The notes under the pieces are model-generated. The model did not search any database. It was not told the origin of the DNA and saw only the letters and a program-made list of their open reading frames with translations. 64,000 nt of DNA from Octopus sinensis (taxonomy: Eukaryota), in assembly GCF_006345805.1 (NCBI RefSeq), contig NC_043003.1:86242001-86306000 (forward strand). The letters are read 5' to 3'. A program made the translations under genes and the position numbers. Below are positions 53,582-64,000 of this stretch, one piece after another; within the stretch, counting starts at the first letter, position 1; every line of letters starts with the position of its first letter.

Positions 53582-56334
53582 ACATATTCATACATATATA
53601 CATACATGCATACATATGTACATACATGCATACATACGTACAATATATGTATACGTGTTCAAATTCCACCGAGTTAGACCTTGTCTTTCATCCTTTCTCG
53701 GTCAATTGAAATAGATACCAGCTGCGCCCTAATGACGAAGTCAACGACTAGCCCCTTCCTACACATTTTAAGCAATGTGCTCATCGTATTTCCTTCATGT
53801 TTACATTTTGAAGCAATATTTCCGTATTCATAACGAGTACAATTTACGTAGTACACCATATTTGTAAAGATAATAGGATTCATCATGGATATGAATGTTT
53901 CTACAGTTAGAAGTACATTGGGTATATTGGCAGGACACATACATGTACGAGCTTCACTAACCTTTAAATAAATAACATAACTATTATGGGCCACCAAATT
54001 TCGAAAACCTATGAAAGTATTCCCAAACATAAGAGGAAACGAATTACTAATTTCATTAATGCGTTACCTGACCATATTCTCAATTTTGTTAATGTGTATA
54101 ATTGTAAATTTTTCTTTCATAATTGCCTTTTATTTCTGTTGTGTGGCAACCCCCAAACGATGAAGTAGGCTAACCCAATACGTAGATACAGAGGGAGAAG
54201 CCTAGACGTCGGTAGCAGAGTGAAGTAGAGTACTAGAGTCGAGTTGAGTAGCGGTCATCCGAACGTGCGACATAACAGTTTCACAAGTTTTTAAAAAGAT
54301 TTTTCAGTGGAATTTTACTTCGTACCAATGCAATACTGATTTAGTAGTATTTACTAATTTCTTTCAGCACTTTTAGTGTATTAAAACGTATTGCAAATGC
54401 GAGTGAATTTTTGTTGCTAATATAAATATCAGATAGTTCTTTTCATCATAACATTCAAGTTTTGATGTTTCACGAGCTAAGTAATAAATGTCTATTATCT
54501 TGATACATTAAGTTAAGTAGATGCAAATAAATCCTCCATTGCCTATTTCGTTACAAGAGTACCTCTGAAGATTATCTCGTTAACATGTGTATCTTTGGAA
54601 CATCAGCTTTGCAGTATCCATTCATTTTCTATATCTATTCACACGTCACATGAAGTAGCACACATCGATTATACAATGCTGCTATGGTTACGGAACGAAA
54701 CTGCTTCTACTTTGTAGTATCTAACTACAGCTGGGTGGACTGGTCAATTCGATTTACTCGCAGCTTAGATTTTACGTACGATTTTGAGCAGTATAAAAAC
54801 ACTAGGGAATGACTGTATGGAAACTGAAGGTTGTGGATAGAATCAGTCTATAGATTAAATATGATACATCTTTCGTTTAAAAGGTGTTTAAAAGGTTAGA
54901 TATTTGAATTGTGTACAAAATTTGTTTTATTTCTACACATTATCGTACACTCATATATTATATTTTCATAATTAACATGTTCTTTACCTATTAATACAGG
55001 TTTTGACTGAATTCGATCAGGAATAAAAAGGAGTTATGTAGGTCATAAAGATATATGTAATGGAAACGAAAGACCTCGGCAAATTAGAGCTATTTGCTAA
55101 ATCAATTCTGGAAGAATAAAAAGAAAGAAAATGTTGACAAATATCGAGAATTAATAAGCGGTAAATGCCATATAATTATCAGCACTTGGTGTTTTATATG
55201 TTACTGTTTTATGGTACTTTGTAAAAGTACACGGTAGACGACTGAATAATGGGATGATATGCTCGTTATTAGTGCTGGCAACTTTCAAATATATATAATG
55301 TATTATAATGATTATTAAGCACCGATATGTATATATACCCCCAAAAACCCCTTCCCTTCTATCACTTCCCTAAATAAGTGGCACTGAATTTCGATTATTG
55401 ATGAGGTCAACAACCTCATCAACATAATAAAACCAGGGTCTATTACATATTTTATCCAATGCGCTCTCAACTGAACTATTTCGTCTAACAACAAAAGTGG
55501 CATTATTTGTAGGAATATTATTTACTGTCAGTAAGATGAACACATTTTCCTAAATTACGCCTTATTAAATAATAAGTAATATTTTCCTAAATTCTGCAAC
55601 GTCAAATACATTATATTTAACGTATTTTGATTTATGAACCTCGTTCTACATTAAAAATATATTTTACTTTGTATTTAGATATGTGTGAAATCTATATATT
55701 TGCATAATTAACAGACATATTACAGCTATAGAAAACAATCTTCTCTTGGTGTGTCTAATTGTATATTCAGATACGTCGTCGTTAATGAGATATTTGATAC
55801 ATTGAAGATAAGGTCATTCTAGAGAATCGATTCACTGTTGAATGCTCTGTGATTCATTATTGAATGTTGTTTCTTCCCCGTCTATGTCTGACTTAAATTT
55901 ATCATGTACAAACACCTACTAACAGGACAACTACTATTGCAATTTCATATGTATAAACTATATATTTACAATGTTAGAACATAATATAAAAATGTAAATA
56001 AACCGCAATATTATAACATTTTTTCGTCATTATATTATTAATCAATGGCACTAAACTAAACAGGGTAATAGATCAATAGAATCACCAAAGTAAGGGATAA
56101 AATAGCTTGCAATATTCGTTGAGGCTCTTTGCATTATGGGTATAAATCTGACAGAAGTTAACTTTACGCTTCATCTTTCTGGGGTTCATGAAATAAGGTA
56201 TCGATATAAATGGCACTTTTCTCCCAAAAAATATTTGATTCTGGTTCTATGTTAGAAATTATTATTTTATTAAACAATATATCCTTGTTAAGAATGATAC
56301 TAATCTGCTAAGAATATATATGTATATATGTATG

Positions 56335-56375
<41 letters not shown>

Positions 56376-56478
56376 CTATCTAACTATCTATCTATCTATC
56401 TCTCTATCTATCCATATATACAAATATATCTATATCTATATCTATCTATCTATGTCTCTCTGTCTCTGTCTGTCTGTC

Positions 56479-56560
<82 letters not shown>

Positions 56561-56898
56561 GAAGGCGCGTGACTCAGTGGTTAGAGCGTCGAGCTTACGA
56601 TCGTGAGGTTGTGAGCTCGAATCCCGGACCGGGCTGCGTGTTGTGTTCTTGAGCAAGTCACTTTATTTCACGTTGCTCCAGTTCACTCAGCTGTAGAAAT
56701 GAGTTGCGACGTCACAGGTGCTAAGCTGTATCGGCCCTTGCCTTTCCCTCGGGCAACATCGGTGACGTGGAGAGGGGAGCCCGGTATGCATGGGCGACTA
56801 CTGGTCTTCCATAAAACAACCTTGCCCAGACTCGTGCCTCAGAGGGTAACTCTCTAGGTGCAAACCCATGGTCAGTGTCTGACCGAAGGGGGTCACCA

Positions 56899-56900
<2 letters not shown>
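56561..56900 (+). mobile_element. tRNA-headed CORE-like SINE family C, near full length
   Basis: GGCGCGTGACTCAGTGGTTAGAGCGTCG (box A)..GAGCTCGAATCCC (box B)..TTCTTGAGCAAGTCACTTTA..CAGTTCACTCAGCTGTAGAAATGAG. Confidence 0.9.
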
Positions 56901-56940
<40 letters not shown>

Positions 56941-57759
56941 TCGTTCCGACTCATAGTTTTCATTTAAAACCTCATATTTAGCTTTGGATTTCAATCAACC
57001 AATCAAGGAAAAATAAACAGCTTAAAGACAGAGCACTCTATTCAACAAATTATATGGCTCTCTTGCAAAATGTGGACTTCGTACATTATGCTTCTGTAAA
57101 ACAAATACAATCATTAATTTATTAACACAGTTAAGATTTAATGTTTTATATTTATAGTAACTGGAATTGAAAAGACAAGCAGAAACGTAGGAGTTCCCCT
57201 AATTAGAAATAAAGGCTCTTATTCGTTGTTGCTTAATTAGTCGAGAGAATAACCTCATTTAAATCAAAATAGGAATCGATATAAAATAATATTAGAAATT
57301 CCAATATAAAATTTTCCCTTCCAAGACTTCAACAAACTTCTAATGACCTTTGAGAATAATTGTAGATTATTTCAATCATTAGGTTTCTTAATGAGTGTTC
57401 AACTGAATAAATTTAAGAGAAGTTTTATGAGTTTAAAACGCAAATTACCATACTGGAAGTTTGTTAATTGCAATATATATGTAAGTGCATTGCATAAAAA
57501 CAGAATACAAAGGATTTCTCGAGTGTAGAATTTAATAGCGCTATATAATTTTTATGGTAGTTATTTATCCCTTTTTCAATCTCGATGGAATAAGATCTAT
57601 GACCGTCTTTCTATCTAGTAAAAAATCTAGATCCAATTATAAATATTTTTTTAAAGTGGCCCATTTGCATACGTTAGGTATGAATGAACGAGACAAAGTC
57701 ACATTATTAATGTTATATGAATATGTCATCATAAATAGATATATTGGTATTATATTTTG

Positions 57760-57940
57760 ACACAGGACTAGTAATTTGGGGGAGGAATAATTCCATTACA
57801 TCGGCCCCTGTACTCAAGGATTATCTAATATATCGACTTCGTAGGATGAAAGGCAAAGCCGATCTCAGTGGTATTTGAACACAGAACATAAAGACAGACA
57901 GAATATCCGGCATGCAAACGATTCTGCCAGCTCGCTGTCT
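57760..57940 (-). mobile_element. SINE family A, decayed
   Basis: TTACATCGGCCCCTGTACT..ATCGAC..GATGAAAGGCAAAGCCGATCTCAG..AACGATTCTGCCAGCTCGC. Confidence 0.75.
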
Positions 57941-58562
57941 TAGTCATAACTAGATATACTGTAATTAATCCGCAACTAAAATATAAATGATGATAATGAT
58001 GTAGAAAATTGTCTGAGACAATACATCAGAATGTATATCGGAGCCCACACAAACTCCGGTAAAATATAACACTATACTGGAAACACTATAACAAAGCAAA
58101 TCAGTTCTATAATCGTTTTGACAGCAATTTTCAACTGCTGTGGTAAAATAGCCTTCTAGTATTCATCTGAACTGCATCATCAATGTATTAAAATATATCA
58201 TAAGTCCCACACTGACACTAATAATATATACATGGAAACAGAATTGGTCCGTTGTATTGTCTTGCCAATAATGTTCAACGATTGTATTAATAAGCACTGT
58301 GGAATACATATGGATCGATATCTATCGTTGTAAATGTGAAAATATTATGAGTAACTACAATGGAATTTAAGCATACACAGAGATTACTACAAAGTAAATG
58401 TTAAAGCTGACGTCATTTTCGATCACAAAAAGAATATAATTACGTATTAATAATCAGCATAGTAACGTCAAGTGAGATGAAAAGCTAAGGAATAACAGAG
58501 AGCAATATACAGAATTTTAAAATTTGTCATCCCATTTGTCATTGGTAATACTGGAATGGTAT

Positions 58563-58765
58563 AAAGGCAGTGAGCTGGCAGAATGATCAGCGGCATTTCG
58601 TTCCTCGGTTCGTTTTGAGTTCACATTCCACCGAGGTCGACGTTGCTTTTCATCCTTTCAGCTTCGGAGAAATAAGTACCAGTTTAGTACTTGGATCGAC
58701 ATAATTGACTAGCATCTTTCCTCGAACTTGTTGGCATTATGTCAAAATTTGAAACCATTGCTGGA
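58563..58765 (+). mobile_element. SINE family A, decayed
   Basis: AAGGCAGTGAGCTGGCAGAAT..TTTTGAGTTCACATTCCACCGAGGTCGAC..AAATAAGTACCAG. Confidence 0.75.
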
Positions 58766-59023
58766 GTGATATGCAAACATTTCGCTAAAGAAATTGACAA
58801 AATTTCCATAAGGACAAACATAGGTATGTTCCCAATAATTACTGCAAATATTATGAATTATGAATACTTTGGTTAAACCACATTGTTCTAGTTGACTCTT
58901 CACATTCTTTGATAATTTGAAAGACTTATATATGCATATTCTCCAGAATGAAATTATTGTTTCAGTGAACGAAACTCTTGATGTCTGAAACCATTTTTAA
59001 TAAAGAGGATAAAGATTATGGTG

Positions 59024-59029
59024 CTAATA

Positions 59030-59075
<46 letters not shown>

Positions 59076-59088
59076 ATAATAATAATAA

Positions 59089-59170
<82 letters not shown>

Positions 59171-59724
59171 GCCCTGATGCAGTACCAAGCAGTGGCTCTC
59201 ATGGCTTCTGATCTTAACTGATTGGAAGTGTTATCATGTACATTGTTTTGTTTTGGTATAAAAGATGGGCTACAGCAAATATTCTGCTCAATCCCACAGA
59301 TTTGCTTGTCAGTTGTTTGACCTTAACCAGTTGAGCATGTCCCTTAGTGGCTGACGATACGTGCATCTCTGATCACGTGCAGAAGTAGTGGGGGAGCATC
59401 ATAGCCATGTGTTGAGAGGGATTCTTTGGGGTTTGAATAATTCACCTCTGGAAACATAGGTGTTTCGTTGAACATCCTAAAGCAACCCTTATTCAGGGAC
59501 CTTTTGAGCAGCATGGGCTACTCGACCTGAAGAAAATTCTAACTGGGCCCCACTTGCAAGGTCATGTGCTGTTTATTTTGATATGAGATCACCATGTCGC
59601 GCACATATGGTTGTGATGCATGTGCCTGGTGTACCCTTATCAGACGGGTAGTCATGATGGGTATACTGGGCTTCGTATATTTTACCCCAGTGTCACTTTG
59701 ATGGTATGCACTGCTCTCTCACTC

Positions 59725-59790
<66 letters not shown>
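59024..59790 (+). mobile_element. About 555-bp interspersed retro-repeat (59170-59724) embedded in (TAC)n(AAT)n and ending in (AAT)n; probably a LINE 3' UTR
   Basis: GC-balanced unique segment GCCCTGATGCAGTACC...CTGCTCTCTCACTC flanked by (AAT)n on both sides; recognised as an abundant octopus repeat; clade assignment uncertain. Confidence 0.6.
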
Positions 59791-59794
59791 CCTT

Positions 59795-60085
59795 TCTACT
59801 AACGGCACTAGACTTGAAATGTTGGAGGAGGAGAATAGTCGATTACATCGACTCTAATATTTCACTTAATTTATCAACCCCTAAGTAATAAAAAGCAAAC
59901 TTGACCTCGATGGATCTGCACTCAAAACGTAAGGACGGACGAAATGCCGTTAAGCATTTTGCCCGGCGTGCCAACGATTCTGCCAGCTGGCCCCAGTGCA
60001 CACTTCGTCTTATTTCACATTCCCTGAACACATGAAAGGCAAAGTCAACCGTAGTGGAATTTGAACGCGGAGAGTAAAGTACGGT
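59795..60085 (-). mobile_element. Two SINE family A fragments
   Basis: GTCGATTACATCGAC..GCAAACTTGACCTCG..CATTTTGCCCGGCGTGCCAACGATTCTGCCAGCT, then GAAAGGCAAAGTCAACC..GGAATTTGAAC. Confidence 0.75.
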
Positions 60086-60938
60086 AGGAAATTCCACAAT
60101 AACAACAGTAACAAAAATAATAATTAATAATAATAATTGCTATTTTTAGTAGTATTAGTATTATCAGAGTGATAGATAACACTCTATGGAATCTGAAGCA
60201 GACTATGCAACATAAGCCTCATAGCATAATCTGTACGATTAACATCTTACATAACACGACACATTGTTTTATATAATAGATATTCAACAACAACACTATA
60301 ACGCCGACGACTGATATAGATTACGTTCTACAGTATCCCATATACGTAATAATACTAGACAACCCACACAGCAAACACTATGTAATCAACGTCTGTCACT
60401 AGAGGGTATGATACCAAACAATACATAAGAAACCAAAAGACTACCTAACAAAATGACATATGACACGTTGCACTTAATCTGCACCATTGACGAATCATTA
60501 AAATTACACACATCAAAATTCCAACAACATAACAAAACGTAATTCTGTATCTTCAAAATAACTAATGAAATTGCATAGCATAATTTTAACATAATCGATA
60601 TCTGACATTATGACATATCTGACACAAACAACTTCAGTTCATATTCCATACACCTGCCACTCAATAGTGTTACACAAATGAAGCTACGGAGCGGGCATAC
60701 ATTATACAGTTAATACTTGATGTTATGACACAACTTACAGGATATATACGGAATGCAATGACCAGCATAACAAAATGTCAAGTGATAGAGAGTATAAACT
60801 CTACACAGCCGCCATCAGACAAAACAAAAATCTACAAACGGCAAAATGCGATATGGAATACAATACCATCTTACATTAAACACAACTCAGGAGCAGCATG
60901 CAGCCACATAAATCTGTTGAAATATGATATTGATAATA

Positions 60939-61599
60939 GAAGTTGAGGTAGCTGTAGTAAGTGCAGCAGCAGCAGCAGCAACAGCAACAGCTATGCTCTA
61001 CTCGAATAACTAATAAAGAGTTGTAGGTAGAGTGTATCGCGTAATAATGTTACAAGTTGAGAGATTCAACAGTTTGCTTACACGTTTGACTAGTGGCATT
61101 ATGTGGCAATTAGCTTTATATGATATACACTTGCGTCTATCCCTCTATCCATAGTACGTACATACATATTTGTGAGGCTCTCTCTCCTTCTCCTTCTCTC
61201 TCTTTTACTGTACACATACGTACAAACACACGCGCACACACACACACACACACACATTTATATATGTAGGAAAATTGAATAAGGAAATGAACTCTCGGGA
61301 TGTTAAACCACTTATATCATGAATTATTCTACGTATATTTCGACAGATGCACTGCAAAATGTCCAAGATAAATTATGGTCAGCAATGCATGAATCTCATC
61401 AAGAAGGATATAAATAACAAACACATCAAACAGACATGTCAACAGAAATAGAAATCCTATAAAATGTAACGTATTTATGTTCATATGCACACACACGTAC
61501 AAACATTCAAATTATGCGACGTGCAAATATAAACATTATATACCTACAAAAAAACACAAACGTATACAAACACATATACATGCACACGCATTAATATGC

Positions 61600-61643
<44 letters not shown>

Positions 61644-61657
61644 ATATATATACACAT

Positions 61658-61689
<32 letters not shown>

Positions 61690-62970
61690 CAATATATATA
61701 TATATATATATATACATATAATTTTTTTCTATATTACAAACATATACATAAATATATACATATAGATACACACAAACGCAGAAGCATATATATATACAAA
61801 TAGAGACATACATAGGCAGAAATATACTCACAGACATATGCATATATATCTATACATATACTCGTACATATTCTCTCGGCAACAACATAGAAACATACTT
61901 ATGCTAAGGTATACGTTTACGATCACATGCTTATACACATAAACAAACGATCATATACATACACATATTCCAAAACATCGATAGACCCAAACGCATAATT
62001 CTATACGCATACGTACTTACTTAAGCACATATACGTTAGTGTGCATTCACAAAATATTTACATACGAACAGGGGACGCGAGGAAGTTAAAATGACGTTAT
62101 CGAAACGAACTAGATATTGTAAGAGAAGAAGATGTATAGGAAGACTTGGAGGAGGGGGAGGAAGGGAAGGACAAAACAAAGTAAAAAAAAAAGAGGGGGC
62201 GAGGAGCGGGCAAATTGTAAATATTAAAAAAAACATGAAAAAAAGGAAAGAAGAGGAGAGGGGGAAATTGTGGGAAATAAAATGGAAGAAAATTTGCAGA
62301 AATTATTATTAGGTTATGGAAGTTTACATATATCCCAAAGTATCGACAAACACAAACACACTATAACAAATCCATACACACACTTTTTAAGTACATATAC
62401 ATTATTGTGCGCACCGAAAATAAACATAAGAACGATAGCAAAAACGGGTATATACACATATACATACATGGAAAGCCAGGTAGTTAGGGAACTCTAGAAA
62501 TTTTAAATTGTTTTAAGGAAATTAACTATATTGGGTGCGAGAAGGAGAAAAGGAATAGAAAGATATGGAAGGAAAGAAACAGAAGGTAGAAAGAGAGAGT
62601 GAATAGGAACAAGCGAACTGCATACATGAAAACGCATAAAAGATACGTAAAAATGTAGGGTAACGGTTATGGAAAGTAAGATGGAAGAATAAGGAAAAGA
62701 AAATTTGCAGATATTATTAGGTTACGGGTAGATATTATTTGAAAGAACTAAGAGTGTTTTTTCCAATGAATACATTTGTGAACTCTCTCTGTAAATTGGT
62801 TTACCAACATGTTTAGAGAAGAGAATAAAATACTGCTCTTCCGAGCATAAAGGACAGTAAGATTTTTCTTTATCGTGAGAAGTTGTAGTTGCTGTAGTAA
62901 CAACAGCAGCAGTAGCAATAGCTATGTTCTACTAGAATAACTAATGAAGAGTTGTAGGTAGAGTGTATCG
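60939..62970 (+). repeat. Dispersed direct repeat of about 95 bp (60939-61039 and 62879-62970)
   Basis: GAAGTTG.AG.TGCTGTAGTAA..(CAG)n..AGCTATG.TCTACT.GAATAACTAAT.AAGAGTTGTAGGTAGAGTGTATCG occurs twice. Confidence 0.8.
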
Positions 62971-63609
62971 GGTAGTGTAAATAACCCGATACAAGTTTAT
63001 AGAATAAGATATAATTATGTTCTAAGCCTGAATTCTCATAAATTCCGACTATTAGTTTTAACGTTTACCGATTTCAAAGCAGTGAATTTAATAAACGAAT
63101 CGACTTTACATTTACATAAAGTTTAAAATGCAAAGAAAAAGTTAAACAAGCTCGTTAATAATATGAAACTATTTGATTTAGGTATAAAAATTATTTTGTT
63201 TAGTTATTTATACTTATATAAATAACACTATTTTTCAATCGGGGTTCACTGAGGAAATATATTTATACTGTGAGTTTGATTTGGACCGTACTAGATGACT
63301 GCAAGATTACAAAATATTTTGAATATTCTGGTTTTCGACAAATATCTTTAGCAAAATGTATTTAATATCTATGAGATGTATAGCTCTTGACCGTTCTCAG
63401 CCTGTGTATAGATTTCGCCATGTTATATGTTCTAAAACATATTATAATCATTAACATCGTCACTTTTGAAAGACCATATTTTGATAATTTATAAATTTTT
63501 GAAAGAATGTAGATGGTGGTTAAGTCGTTCTTTAAATTATCTTCATGAACGGAGCGTTAAAGACACATGTTAATCATGAAGTCTGTTAACTTCACATAAA
63601 CAAATATTG

Positions 63610-63795
63610 GTTTCAAATTTTGTCACAAGACCAGAACTTTCGGAACAGCGGGTAAGTTGACTCCAATGCTCAGCTGGTACTTACTTTATCGATACCGGAA
63701 GAATTCCTCGGCAGAATTTGAACTCGGGATGTAAACACGAACAAAATGGGCTTAAGTATTTTGCTCAGTGTGCTAACGATTCTGCCACCTCACTG
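63610..63795 (-). mobile_element. SINE family A, decayed
   Basis: CTGGTACTTACTTTATCGATACCG..CTCGGCAGAATTTGAACTC..GCTAACGATTCTGCCACCTCACTGCC. Confidence 0.75.
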
Positions 63796-64000
63796 CCCCA
63801 CTTCACATAACTATTTCTTGTCCATAATATTCCGTCAAAATTTTCGTTGCTCAATATTAACGGCCAAATATGACTCCATATTACAAAGAAGAAATATTTA
63901 AGAGAAGTCAACAGATTTTGTGTTCCTGAATGACTAACATATGCCTTCCACACTGCAATCGTTATAGTTTCAATACACGGTCTCAGATCAAAACTTTTGC

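Noticed and set aside
53674-54030. Minus-strand ORF with SMMNPIIF, resembling the GPCR TM7 NPxxY motif
   Set aside because: Spacing to a TM6-like CxP is too short, there are no seven hydrophobic segments, and the ORF ends inside a SINE fragment.
54155-54212. CGATGA-AG-TAGGCT...AGCCTA-GACGTC hammerhead-like arrangement
   Set aside because: Both conserved boxes are broken (no CUGA, no GAAA); too degraded to call.
56561-56635. tRNA-like sequence with box A and box B
   Set aside because: SINE head continuing directly into the SINE body; no complete cloverleaf, so not called as a tRNA gene.
59345-59390. CTGACGA-T-ACGTG..CACGT hairpin in the (AAT)n-flanked repeat
   Set aside because: Followed by GCAGAAG rather than GAAA, with no helix III or UH site.
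60500-60900. Possible decayed CR1/L2 3' end (NAIWNTIPSYI, resembling AWNxLP)
   Set aside because: Only one short motif supports it; too weak to list as a feature.

Overview
AT-rich, microsatellite-dense eukaryotic DNA. The SINE and LINE families I recognise point to a coleoid cephalopod, most likely Octopus; this is recognition from memory, not a database result. No host protein-coding gene could be supported: the listed ORFs come from microsatellites or transposon debris. The window holds tRNA-derived SINEs of three types, fragments of CRE, HERO, R4/Dong, RTE and L1/Tx1-like non-LTR retrotransposons, and Penelope-like (PLE) RT and GIY-YIG remnants. It also holds a full-length decayed mariner, an intron-containing Tc1, a hAT remnant, a foldback MITE and a 1.42-kb tandem duplication that starts at a non-autonomous Helitron. 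The most interesting signal is a set of minimal type I hammerhead ribozyme motifs, intact and decayed, several sitting inside 1.x-mer direct repeats of about 330-560 bp with no ORF (retrozyme/pLTR-like architecture). The best case is a very young 362-bp unit at 25.6-26.2 kb whose hammerhead core carries a compensatory U3-A8 pair (UUGACAA) in place of the canonical C3-G8.
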